64,000 bases of DNA, from positions 11,394,643 through 11,458,642 of the forward strand of contig NC_068987.1 of the NCBI RefSeq assembly GCF_001194135.2, in the 5' to 3' direction. This DNA comes from Octopus bimaculoides (Eukaryota). Positions 12,198 through 24,030 of this stretch are shown in pieces. A model generated the notes under the pieces. The model made no database searches, had not been told where the DNA came from, and saw nothing but the letters and a program-made list of their open reading frames with translations. The translations under genes were made by a program, and so were the position numbers. How positions within the stretch are numbered: the first letter of the stretch is position 1; each line of letters starts with the position of its first letter.

Positions 12198-12649
12198 GTA
12201 ACAACATGGGTTTCTTCTTGTAGCAGCTGGGGTACCTAATTTACCAATTCCTTTGTCCTTATTTTATTTTTGTCTTTGCTGGATCCTTACCTCCCCACCA
12301 AATATCTTGTCTTTATTATACTGAGGTCCAGAAATAATAACAAGTTTCACTCTGAAGTCACCTCAAACGGTTACAGGTCTTTTTTCTTCTTTTTTTCTTG
12401 TTTACTGTTGAAACTTCAAGGCAAATGGAAAACATATGCTGGCTGGCAAGTGTATATTATGGCGGTAGCTTCTCTTGATTTGTGTTTGTTGTTTGTGTCT
12501 AAGGAGATGAAAGGGAGAATATTCTGTAGCATATTTTTGCCAAGTGTTCAAATAAACAGCTTTGAAATAATCTTATTAAAAAGTATAGCAAAGGTAAGAT
12601 TGGTTATTTCAAGTAAAAAATAATAATAATGATGATAATCCTTTCTACT

Positions 12650-13095
12650 ATAGGCACAAGGCCTGAAATTTGCAAGGAGGGGACTAGTTGATTCACTGGT
12701 ACTTAATTTATCGATCCTGAGAGGATGAAAAGCAAAACCGACCTCAGCAGGATTTGAACTCAGAAGGTGAAGACTGCTAAGCATCTTGCCTGGCATGCTA
12801 CCGACTCTGCCAGCTTGTAGCCTTAAATAATAATAAGAAGAAGTAGAAGAATGATAATAATAATAATAATAATAATAATGGCTTTGAATTTTGGTTCAAG
12901 GCCAACAATTTTGGGGGTGTGGTGGTGGTTGGGTAATTGATTACATTGAACCCAGTGTTTAACTGGTACTTATTTTATCAACCCCTGAAATGATGAAAGG
13001 TAAAGTCAACTGTAGTGGAATTTGAACTCAGAACATGGAGACAGACAAAATGCTATTAAGCACTTTGCTTAGTGTGTGAATGATTCTGGCAGCTA
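12650..13095 (-). mobile_element. Two tandem SINE family C copies separated by (AAT)n
   Basis: Both carry ...gatgaaa(a/g)g(c/t)aaa... and atttgaactcagaa, as in other C copies. Confidence 0.8.
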
Positions 13096-13289
13096 ATTAT
13101 AATAATGATAATAAAGAATTTATTATTGCCACAAAGGGATGGTTGTTTACATCGAAATTGAATAAAATTAAATGAAATGGCGGTATACACCGTATGCAAA
13201 ATATGGTAATGCCTCAAGAGATCCAGAATTATTATTAAGTGGTCCTATTCCAGTTTTATTCTTTGGTTTATAAGTGCGTGCTGAAAGTC

Positions 13290-13660
13290 AAACCATGCAC
13301 TGCACTCTCACTTAGTATTCAGCAAAATTTTAAGAGGGTTGCATTGTGCTCCCTATCTTCACCCTGAAGTCGATGAGGCTTTGCCTTTGGGTGATGTTTG
13401 GTCATGTCCAACGTGCACCCTCCTTCACCATTGCCACCTGACAGAAGAAAATTGCTTACAACCCTTGTTGGCCATAAGAAGGTGATTGTTAATTTCGATG
13501 GACTCAGCCATTACCTGGATCCAACAACTGCTCAACAATGTTCATATACAAGTATGTGCCAAACAATCTGGGTGCACCATAGACAGGACCAGCTTGATGG
13601 CGCTTTAGCTCCTTGTAGAGTTTATTGTGAACAGTACCCACCATATATACATACACCTGA
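13290..13660 (+). mobile_element. Highly decayed RTE-like LINE C-terminal fragment
   Basis: Plus frame LPIFTLKSMRLCLWVMFGHVQR resembles the RTE motif LPSIFTLL..RRLRWLGHV.R. Confidence 0.4.
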
Positions 13661-13664
13661 TAGT

Positions 13665-14050
13665 TGTTGTTGTTGGCACTCAGTCGCTTACGACGTCGAG
13701 GGTTCCAGTTGATCCGATCAACGGAACAGCCTGCTCGTGAAATTAACGTGCAAGTGGATGAGCACTCCACAGACACGTGTACCCTAAACGTAATTCTCGG
13801 GGATATTCAGCGTGACACAGTGTGACAAGGCTGACCCTTTGAATTACAGGCACAACAGAAATAGGAAATAAGAGTGAGAGAAAGTTGTGATGGAAGAGTA
13901 CAGCAGGGTTCGCCACCATCCCCTGCCGGAGCCTCGTGGAGCTTTAGGTGTTTTCGCTCAATAAACACTCACAACACCCGGTCTGGGAATCGAAACCGCG
14001 ATCCTATGACCGCGAGTCCGCTGCCCTAACCACTCGGCCATTGCGCCTCC
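13665..14050 (-). mobile_element. SINE family A, full length, 12-bp TSD
   Basis: TSD ACACCTGATAGT at 13653-13664 and 14051-14062. (AAC)n tail. Reverse complement of 7584-7948. Confidence 0.95.
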
Positions 14051-14765
14051 ACACCTGATAGTATTGCCAGCTCAAATATTACTGGAAATAATCCTTAGCC
14101 CCTGCACTAAAAGACCTTCAGTCCAATTGATTTTCATTGAACCTCACATTCATAGTTTCCCTTGATGTTTGTTGCTCATGTCCATCACTGACCCTCTATA
14201 AAAAAAGCTGATATGGAAGTTCAGCAGCTTCATCACCTGACAGGTAGAAGTCTCCGAGCACTTGACAACAATCAAGATGCCAGACACTCAATTTTGATCC
14301 TCAGTTCAACCGAGGCTGTAACTCTGTCAGCTTGGCAGCTGCGAAAGATGATGAGGATGATGATAAATATGATTTATTTCTGAAATTAAAATAAGACTCG
14401 TATGTATTGTTAAAGTATGGTTTGTTCATAGTCGTTCTGTGTTCATTGCTGTGAAATACAAGTGATATAAAGTTGTTTTGAGCTTACACTTAAATTATAA
14501 TGATACCTGCACTTGTCTCTTTTCATTATTTAGTAAATAAATTGAGAATTTATATATTTTTTTTATTTCTCTCATGGTGTGTTATTATTGAAGGATTGTT
14601 TTTTATTTGCGTCTTTCTATGTATTAATACCAGAAATTATAAAACGAAATTAAATATATTAAGATAGTTTTGACGATGATCACAAACCAAACAAAATCCT
14701 CCTGCTTTTATTCCATCTTTACCGACCGAGTTTGTTTATTTTACAACAAATCATGTGATGATTCT

Positions 14766-14779
14766 ATTGCCATGGTAAC
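14766..14779. promoter_or_regulatory. RFX X-box-like palindrome ATTGCCATGGTAAC
   Basis: 13 of 14 positions match the consensus GTHNYYATRRNAAC, in non-repetitive DNA. Function is inferred only. Confidence 0.25.
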
Positions 14780-15042
14780 CACTTTATTAGCACAATCACA
14801 CACACGCAGAACTATTCACATACACACACATTCAAAAGCTTAGTTACATGTTTCTATGAAATTCCATTACATAGAGAAGTTCTATTTATTAAACTTGCTT
14901 AATCATACTTTCTGTATAATCAGTGTTTTGAAACTAATGAAGTCTTTATGTATCATTCTAGTTAAGACGTGTCCTAGCTTCTGTCGCTTTCATCATATGT
15001 GTCTGGTGTTGTGCAGTAGTGCACCAATATTATGCAGTGTTG

Positions 15043-15081
<39 letters not shown>

Positions 15082-15132
15082 CTTTTCACTCAACGATATT
15101 TAATAGTGTAGCACACTTAATGAAACCTACCA

Positions 15133-15497
15133 TAGGTGCAAGCATGGTTGTGTGATTAAGAAGTTTGCTTCCCAGCCACATGGTTTCAGGTTCAGTCCCA
15201 CTGTGTGGCACCTTGGACAAATGTCTTCTATAGCCCTAGGCTAATGAAAGCCTTGTGAGTGAATTTGGTGGACAGAAAGTGTGTGAAAGCCCATCATATA
15301 TGCATGTATATATGTACATGTGTTTTTGTATGTATGTGTATCATGTTTGTTCTGTTCACTGCTTGACAAACTATGTTGGTTTATTTACATCCCCATAACC
15401 AGCAGTAATGTTAGTACTGGCTTAAAAGAGACACCTTTGTTTGACTAAAGTCTTCAATGCAGTGCTCCAGCATGGCCACAGTTCAACAATAAAAGAT
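15133..15497 (+). mobile_element. SINE family B (diverged)
   Basis: Head ggttcagtcccactgtgtggcaccttggacaaatgtcttc and tail gtgctccagcatggccacag. Confidence 0.8.
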
Positions 15498-16434
15498 ATC
15501 TTCACAGTGAAGCAACCCATTTATTTGACATATTCCTTATAGCTTCATACACACACACACATACGCAGGGTTTTTTTTTCTTCTATTTACTGTTTCTATC
15601 TTCTCCGTTTTCAAGATGTTTTGTCTGGACAATTATTTTAGCAACCTTGAAGCTTTTTCTCCTCCTCCTCCTTGCACTTCCTCCACTCGTAACTCTGGCT
15701 TTATTTCTTGTGTCTAAAGCATATCAAATGAAAACTGGTTTCTGAGTTGGTTGCATTTACTTAAACCAGAGACAAAACCCTTAGACATAACTGCAAGGTT
15801 GTGGACATTATATTAGAATGTATGTACATGTGTGTTTTCTCTCTTTCTCATCTAGACTGGTTGCAAACCAAAAGCCACTGAAAATCCACTTGACCCAACC
15901 AGCCAATAATAATAATACTGTAACGTAACAAAGTGTAATATCATTGCCACCGGGGTAAAGTGGGTAAGAGTCTTATGTAATATAGAATCCATATGCTAAG
16001 TGAGATTTTGTTTGTGAAGCCAAACGACATCTACCTTGATGTGATCATTAAAGCCTGGAAGGGAGAGATTGTGCAGGGTGTCATGTGGGATATCCCTTCC
16101 CCTTTCATGTGGGATGTCCCTTCCCCATTTGCCCCATGACTTGGTAATCTAAGGCTTACTGGATTTGTGTTTACTTACCCACAACACAAAAATACAAGGT
16201 GAGAGTTTTATACACGGAGCTTGAGTCTTGTTAATATTGGTGCTGGTTCCCACCGAGGTCGACTTTACTTTTCATCCTTTCGGGGTCGGTGAATTAAGGC
16301 TTCTTGTGCTTCACGACATATATAATAAAAGTTGACAATTTCTTTTTTTTTTACCTTACATTTATTTTGTAAACAAATTATACAATATTTCATAAGCATT
16401 TTATAATGTTTCTTTCTTTTCTGGAAACTCACCA

Positions 16435-16502
16435 CAAACTGGCAGCTGATGGCTCGCGGATCGACAGCGGTCCGTGGACCACCTCTTTGAGTAGCACTGG
16501 TC
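16435..16502 (-). mobile_element. hAT (Charlie/MER5-like) transposon terminal fragment
   Basis: Reverse complement reads CAGTGCTACTCAAAGAGGTGGTCCACGGACC, typical of hAT termini. Confidence 0.6.
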
Positions 16503-17382
16503 CAGAGCACACAATACCCCCTCCCCCCCAAAAAACGACAGTTATTTTAGCTGCAATATCTTTGATCACAGATTTACTTGACCAGGGCTAATCTGAGGCT
16601 AAACAGCAACTAATCCCACAAAATTTACATATCTTCAATTTGCGTCCATTATTAAAAAATTAGTTTACTATCTCACTTTATTAAACGACTTTAAATCATT
16701 ATTTAATTATTCTTAAGCCACCCTTCAGTCATCAGTTCCTATTCTGTTTCTTTTTAATTATAATTTCACAGTTATGATATTTATCCATTAAGCTAACAAG
16801 ACTGTCTTGATTTTGTTATGGTAAATGTTTGTGGCATTTGTCAGCAACAACCATTTCTAACAGAGGCACAACAGGTTACAGATTTGGCAGGAGGAATTAG
16901 TCGGTTAAGAAGTATAAAAGTCAAACCCCAGCAAGCGAGATTTGAACTCAAGAACATGAAGGACCATAACTAAATACTGCAAGGCATTTTGCTGTCCAGT
17001 GCTTTACTAACGATTTTGTCTATCCATCATCTTGATATTTGTCTATGGCTATATAAACTGGAGTTGAAAACATTGTTTATTGAAACAAAGAAAACTATAG
17101 TCTGTTTACTGTAGCAAACCTCTGGCACCTGGCTATGTCTCACTAACAAGCTTTTAAAATTGTAAGCACAGCTGTAGATTTGACTATTTTATCTTCTTCA
17201 TCATCATCATCATTGTTTTTATTGTTGTTATCATTACACAGGTGGTGTGGCAGAATTAGTAAAGTGCTGTGTATTGTATTTAGTTGCTTTTTAAGTTCAA
17301 ATTCCCTGTAGAGCCATCTTTTCATCTTTCTGGGGTCAATGAAATAAGTACCTTCCAAATACAGTGGGAGCAATAAAACTGG

Positions 17383-17464
17383 ACTATCTCATAATTTGGA
17401 TGTCCCTGTCTCAGAATTTGGATGCCCCTGTCTCAGAATTTGGGTGCCCCTGTCTCAGAATTTG
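17383..17464 (+). repeat. 22-bp tandem repeat (CCTGTCTCAGAATTTGGATGCC), ~3.7 copies
   Basis: Units at 17405-17426, 17427-17448 and 17449-17464, plus a degenerate first unit. Confidence 0.9.
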
Positions 17465-19162
17465 TACTTTGGTAAAAAAATCATCATCATCATCATTAGT
17501 GGAAAACTTCGAGTAAGCTGATAGAATCATTAGCACTCCAAGCAAAATGCTAAGTGGCATTTCTTCTGACACTTTATGTTCTGAGTTCAAATTCTACCAA
17601 GATTTTGACTTTGCCTTTCATCCCATCAGGGTCGATAAAACGAGTACTAGTTGAGTACTAGGGTCAATGTAATTGACTTCCCCCTCCCCTCAAAATAGCT
17701 GGTCCTGTGCCATAAATTGGAAAGAATCCCTAGAAAACTTCAATATCGTTACTCTTAATGATTCACATGGTTTCTGCCTACCAGAATCACTCAGAAGGTA
17801 TTGTTGGTCAGCCCAGGGTACCACATAGTCAGACTGAACCCAAAACCATGTGGTTGGGAAGTGAGCTTCTTTACCACACAGCTATGCCTTGCACATAGGC
17901 ACATAGCATTGACAGATTGGAATAGGAACCGCCAATCTTTTTGTAGTAACCCAGGACTATACAGAGACTTGCACAAACTGTAAGCAGCTGTATGTTACAA
18001 CACTTCAATCCAGTGGTTTTTAATATATAATCTGAACAATAGACACATGTTGAATGATATCCTCTAATCCATCCCCTGTGTCTAACCCTTCAGTTCAACT
18101 GGGTGAGCTGGAAGTGCCATGGAAAATATAATCTTCAGTGTGAAGATTATAATTTGAACATGAGCTACCAATAAAGCTGAATTTTGTAAGCAACAAAGCT
18201 TTGATATAAACATTTGTTATACGCCATATGCAAATGTCTCACCTTGTAAAAACCATCCCATTTCTTCTAAGTACGTGGAAAACAGGTGTAAATATATTTC
18301 ATATATTGATTCGATCATTTGTATAATGAACCAGCTATTTTCTCTGCAATGCTACATCTTGTTAATCTCTCGGTCAACATGAGCGGTGCTCTTTAACCAA
18401 CTTAACATTATCAAACATATTTCCTCTAACTTCTTTGAACCTCTTAATGTAAACGAGAATATCATGATACATTGTTAGGTGAAAAAATATGGGATAGTTT
18501 AGTCGACTAACTGGAATGTCATGTTTGCCAGAATATTTTAAGGCTTTTTTTTTTTTTTATTTGTGTGTTTGTTGTGATTCTGTAAGTCTAAATCTGTTCT
18601 GATGTAGGTATGACTGTATGCTAAGCAGTTTGCTTCCCAAGCCCATGGTTTTGAGTTCGATTCCACTGCATGGCACCTTGAAGCAAGTACCTTCTGTCAT
18701 AATTCTGGGTCAATCAAAGGCTGGTGAGTGGATTTGGTGAATGGAAACTGAAAGAAGCAGCTTGTGTGTGTGTTACTGTCCCTTTTCTTTGACATCATGT
18801 GATAGTTGTAAACGAAGGTCACCATCATGCAAGTGGTGTCCTTTCTTTCCTATCGTCTGTGAAACCATGTCTGGCCACGGGGGAAATATATCACCTTTCT
18901 TGGAAACAGGTGAAGGTTGATGACAGGAAGGGAATCTAGCCACAGAAAAATCTGCCTCAGCAAATTTTATCCAAACCATGCAAACAAATTGGTCATCTCA
19001 AAGGCATTCACTCTACATGCTGCACACAAACAATCCACAAACACAAATGTGTATTCAAATGCTGCCCCACACACATATATATATTTAGCTGGTGCTTATT
19101 GTCTTGATCCCAAACTGTAAACACACAAACACTGTATGTATACATGTTTGTTTGTGCAAAAA

Positions 19163-19352
19163 AGTACCGTGAAAGGCCTGGCTAGAGGCCCAGCCTTCCA
19201 AGTTCTTTTACAGGGGTTAGAAAAACTGAAGGAGCGTTGCGATAAGTGTGTGAATCTGAGAAGGGGTATATGTTGAATAGAATCATAATTAACTGATCTT
19301 CCTGTATTTCCTTTCATCCAAAACCAGGAACTTTTTAGCACTCCTCCTGTAT
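19163..19352 (+). mobile_element. Mariner-derived MITE (left TIR lost)
   Basis: Encodes LLQGLEKLKERCDKCVNLR, like the mariner transposase C-terminus (GIEKLPERWEKC). Right TIR ccaggaactttttagcac. Confidence 0.75.
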
Positions 19353-19424
19353 CTGATAGCATCAGAACATTAATAGATTAAAACATCAGAACATGTATGT
19401 ATGTACATGTGCGTACACTCATAC

Positions 19425-19504
<80 letters not shown>

Positions 19505-19506
19505 TT

Positions 19507-19702
19507 TTGGGTGCTGAAAAGTTCCTGGTTGGAGGCCCTATCTTCTGAGTTCTTTTACAGGGCTTAGGAAAACCCAAAGGACCGCTGCAATAAGTGTTTG
19601 CATCTGGGAGGGGTACATGTTGTATAAAATCATAATTCCCTGATCCTACTGTATTTTCTTTTAACAAAAGCCAGAAACTTTTCAGCACCCCTCCCCCTGT
19701 AT
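19507..19702 (+). mobile_element. Mariner-derived MITE
   Basis: TIRs gggtgctgaaaagttcctgg and ccagaaacttttcagcacccc. Confidence 0.8.
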
Positions 19703-19868
19703 ATATGCCTGTGTATGTATTTAGGGATGTGAAGTTAAACTTGGAACATATTTTTAGTAAACACGCATTTTTAGTCTGACCATGTAAAGTAGGTAGTGTG
19801 GTTTAACCACATGTTTTTCTCTCTCTGACCAGGAAAAGGAAATTGGCTTGACTAGTTTCAGCACTTAC

Positions 19869-19958
19869 CATTTTGTTTTTTTTTTTTTTGTTTTTCTCTT
19901 TTACTGCTTCATTAGAGATTGGTTATTCATTTTCCTGACCACAGAGAGAGAGAGAGAA
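19869..19958 (-). other. Candidate first exon (5' UTR + ATG) of a minus-strand transcript
   Basis: Minus strand reads an A-rich leader ...aaaaacaaaATG|GTAAGTGC, a perfect donor straight after the start codon. Start of transcription estimated from the TATA box. Confidence 0.5.
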
Positions 19959-20090
19959 TAGTTAGCGCTCGGCTATTTATAGGATGCACAAACTTAAACA
20001 AAATAGAAATTGGCCACAGAGAAGAACGTGGTTTAACTGCAACATCTACTTTTCGTAGTGAAGCTAAAAATGTGTGATACCTAAAAATAC
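19959..20090 (-). promoter_or_regulatory. Core promoter: TATA box overlapping a MEF2 consensus, CCAAT box, second MEF2-like site
   Basis: Minus-strand CTATAAATAG at 19973-19982, CCAAT at ~20009-20013, and CTAAAAATAC at 20081-20090. Confidence 0.45.
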
Positions 20091-20277
20091 CTGCTCATAA
20101 GCTTACCTTGTATCTCGGTTTAAACTACTAATGCTTAAATATTCTGTCTGTATGTGTCTTCATGAGCATATACACACACATGCACCCACATACATACACA
20201 CGCATGCTTGCTATTCATCTATTTATTTCCACACACACACACACACACACACATATATAATTACATTCCTGTAGTGT

Positions 20278-20656
20278 AGCAGGAATGGCTTTGTGGTAAG
20301 AAGCCTGTGTCCCAACCACATGGTTTCGGGTTCAGTCCCATTGCGTAGCACATTAGGCAAGTCTCTTCTATGCGCAGAATAGTACTTCCTCAATGGCGGC
20401 TATAATTTCGCACCAATACAATGCCCCCCCCCCCAGTGCCTAGCACGGTGTATGTTTGTGTATCTATTTGTCCCCACCATCGCTTGACAACCGATGCTGG
20501 TGTGTTTACGTCCCCGTTATCTAGCAGTTCGGCAAAAAGAGACCGATAGAATAAGTACTAGGCTTGCAAAGAATTAAGTCCCGGGGTCGATTTGTTCGAC
20601 TAAAGTCGGTGCTCCAGCTTGGCAAGCAGTCAAATAACTGAAACAAAATAAAAGAG
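20278..20656 (+). mobile_element. SINE family B
   Basis: Head ggtttcgggttcagtcccattgcg and tail ggggtcgatttgttcgactaaag...actgaaac. Confidence 0.85.
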
Positions 20657-22657
20657 TAAATAGCTACACAGAAAAGTATATGGTGGGGGGATCACATATA
20701 AATTTTACTTTCTCCCGTTGTTTAAGTCCCAACTCTGCACTAATCCATGTATCTACCTTACGAAAGCAAAAGATTTGGTTGTTATTTTATGCAGGTTGGG
20801 AGACCTTGCAAATGCTTCCCCCCACCACCACCGCCACCTTCATTTTCTTTTCTTATTCAGTTAAGGGAGTTTCACAGTTGCTGTTACTGGTTTCTTTCTT
20901 TTTTCTAAGGTGGCCCTTTATGGATTGGGAACAGCCACTCTATGCCTTTGATAAAAAGTCTCAAATCTTGGCTAAATTCTGTTTATGTGTGTAAACATCT
21001 AAATAAATACTATGTTTGTTTGTTTGTGTGTGTGTGGTAGTGTAGAAAGCTCTATATATCATTAAGTTGATTGAGCCGTGTATGTTTGTTGGTTAAATTA
21101 AAGGTTTGACTTATACAAAAAAGTACCCCCCTCCAACGGTTTTTCTATTTTATATATTTATTTATGAGTTGTTTTTTTTTATAATGGTCAGTGAGTATCA
21201 CTTAATCCCTGTCCACCTAGTTGCCCTCTCCTTGTTTAGAAGTATCAAAAAAAGAAAGAAAGAAAATACACATTAGTGATGGGTAGGGCTATGTAGTAGC
21301 TATCTAGTCAGCTTTTAAAAAACTGGTTCTTTTCATAGAAAGATGGATATATAATTTCGTTTCTGCTTATACCTTAAAAGTTTATCTGCTGGGGAAAAAA
21401 ATGCTTTACAATCATACAGTAAGTTAAAATTATAATTTCTTATACATCCACCCACCCCCTCTCTTCATTCATATATGGACAGAATGTTGGCATCTCTCAT
21501 GTTAAGTGTTTTGACAAATTATTTCCAAGTAACACATTTAAATTTATATATTTTATTCTTATCACAGTTGGTATTAATTAATACTCAGAACTGCTTTCTT
21601 GTTTAACCTGCCTTGTACTTCCTTTACATATAATTCACCATGAAATTCATGTTCTTATATCTTCGCTTTGTAACCACATGGTTTCGGGTTCAAGTCCCAC
21701 TGCGTGGTATCTTGGGAATGTGTATTCTGTCTTATAGTCCCATGCTTGGTAAGCAGTGTCGATTTTACAAATCTATATTTTATAAGCTTAAGGCGTATAA
21801 GCGATTACCACGTGCACTGACTAAGGTAAATAGTCAAATAAATAAATATAAACATATACACACACGTGCATGTTTGTGTACAGCCCCATAACTCAGCAAA
21901 AGAGGACAGACTGAAATCTGGATGTTCTGTTCGAACAAATTATACTGCAGCACCATGAGAGAAATTCCAATTTTTGGTGCAAAATGCATTCTTATGTCTC
22001 GGGGTCATTTTGTTCCACTAAACTTTTCACCATAAAACCCGTAGCATAGCCACAGTCCAGCCATTAAAACAAACAAGTAAAGGATTAAAGGATACAATAT
22101 ATATATATATATATGGTGATCTAGACGTGTTAATCTTAAACTTAATAACCTAGCTGGTTAGATCTAAACACAAGAAAACACTTCCCTTGCTCAAAACAAC
22201 AAACAACAAAAACCCAGACTTTTTTTTTATATAGAATTAATCCTTATCTACTCAGTGCAAATCTAACTTTTTTTGTTGTTACTTGTAATGTAAACCATTT
22301 TCTTCCCCCATCTCTGCTTTTTGGAATTGTATTTATTACTACTATTACTACTACTGCTGCTGCTACTACTACTACTACTACACAAATATATATAAAGTTG
22401 CAATAATTTAGAAATCTTTGAATTCTCTGCTATTCTATGTTCAATTGTATAATAAACAAGATGCTATATATAATATTGATTAGGTAAAATATCTCCAAAC
22501 GCTATAATTTTTTTTTAATACTTCTATTTTTTTAATTATATTCTTTTACTTATTTATTGTCTTTTGTTTAAGATGTATTCAAGTGTTTTTAATCTCATTT
22601 ATTCAATTAGGCTTCTCGTTTCGAAAGCTTTTATTTTATTCATCGGTCTTTCATTAG

Positions 22658-22684
22658 ATGAGTGAATATCTATGGCAGAGACTG
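22658..22684 (+). CDS. Candidate 27-nt microexon (MSEYLWQRL in phase 0; introduces a stop in phases 1 and 2)
   Basis: ggtctttcattag|ATGAGTGAATATCTATGGCAGAGACTG|gtaagg in a repeat-poor region. Confidence 0.35.
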
Positions 22685-23170
22685 GTAAGGTAAAAACAAA
22701 AATAAATAAATAAATAAATAAATTAAAGAAAGAAAGAAAGCAAGAAGGAAAGCTAGTAAACTAAAGTTGGCTGCATCTGTGCGACCCACTACATTATCTC
22801 TCTTTCTCTTTTTCTCTCCCTGTCTCCCTCTCTTGTCCTGCATACTTTACACACTTCTCAATGCTTCTATGTGCCACATTAGCTACATCAGTGATAATCA
22901 TCCAGATAATAGAAAGAGAATTTTGTCTTTGTGTTGTCATTCAATGTTGTACTTATTTCTGTTGTGTGTCTTTCTCTCTCTCTCTCTCGTTTTCTGTGCT
23001 TGCCTTTACAAAAGAAGTCTAGTAGTTCATTTTCAGCAGTAAGGATGGGTTTTTTTTCCTGTTTTTTATAATGTAGAAAAGCAGCTTCTGTTCTTGTTCT
23101 GTTCTGTTTTGCCTCACTTTTTCAGACTAACACACACTCCTCTCTCTCTCTCTCTCTCTCTCTCTGCTAG

Positions 23171-23181
23171 GTCAAACCAGG
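23171..23181 (+). CDS. Candidate 11-nt microexon GTCAAACCAGG
   Basis: Long (CT)n tract, then TGC-TAG acceptor and CAGG|GTAAGC donor. Confidence 0.35.
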
Positions 23182-23572
23182 GTAAGCTGTTTTGGCTTTG
23201 AACTCCAGCCTATATTGTTTACAAAGCTACAAAGCTCTCCCCTCCGTTTATTGTGTAGGGAGGTCATTTTACTAGTACTTTTTTTTTCAGGGTTGTCTAT
23301 TGCTTTCCAACCAGAAAAAGGGGAAAGGTGTTATATCTAGACAGATGTGTGTGTTTTGTGTATTTCAGACTGAAGGATTGCTTGGAAGCTTGAGGCAAGA
23401 TATATAAAATCTGCCAATTTATTTATTATTGCCCCAGCAAGAACCTGACAGTAGCTCCTATTTAAATACTGTGTTATATTAAATATTTATCCCTCACTGG
23501 AAGGAGTCCTTACCTATAGCAGAAACGACATAGCTTTACATATTTGTGTACACACACACACACACGTTTTTT

Positions 23573-24030
23573 CTTTATTCTGTTACTTGTTTCAGTTATT
23601 TGACTGCGGTCATACTGGAGCACTGCTTTAAAAGGTTGTTTTTGTGTTTTTCATTCAGTCGAACAAAATCAACCTCAGGGCTTATTCTTCGTAAGCCTAG
23701 TACTTATTTTATCAGTTTCTTTTGCCGAACCGCTATGTTACGGGGACGTAAACACACTAACATCGGTTGTCAAGCGATGGTGGGGTGGAGGGCACAAAGA
23801 CACACACACACACACACAAGTAAATAATATATATGGTAAGATCAGCTGTGGTGGATATATAATACTGTACATTTCGGATAATATATATATATGACGGGCT
23901 TCTTTCAGTTTCTGTCTATCAAATCCACTCACAAGGCTTTGGTTAGCCCGAGGCTATAAGTAGAAGACACTTGCCCAAGGTGCCATGCAGTGGGACTGGA
24001 CCCGGAACCATGTGGTTGGGAAGCAAGCTA
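23573..24030 (-). mobile_element. SINE family B, containing a MITE TIR fragment in its linker
   Basis: Reverse complement of the B consensus. Segment ~23835-23878 matches the right TIR of the 25845-26080 element. Confidence 0.85.

Noticed and set aside
12020-12235. Minus-strand ORF VPQLLQEETHVVTEIHRGLDDGGGNNDDDD...
   Set aside because: No credible acceptor (purine-rich upstream), and driven by a (GACGAT)n repeat. The plus-strand reading has the better splice site.
15590-15716. Minus-strand exon-like stretch (TQEIKPELRVEEVQGGGG or DTRNKARVTSGGSARRRRRKSF)
   Set aside because: The acceptor is fair but there is no good donor, and the coding look comes from an (AGG)n run.
17383-17464. Short direct repeats as a possible CRISPR array
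   Set aside because: Head-to-tail 22-bp units with no spacers, in eukaryotic DNA.
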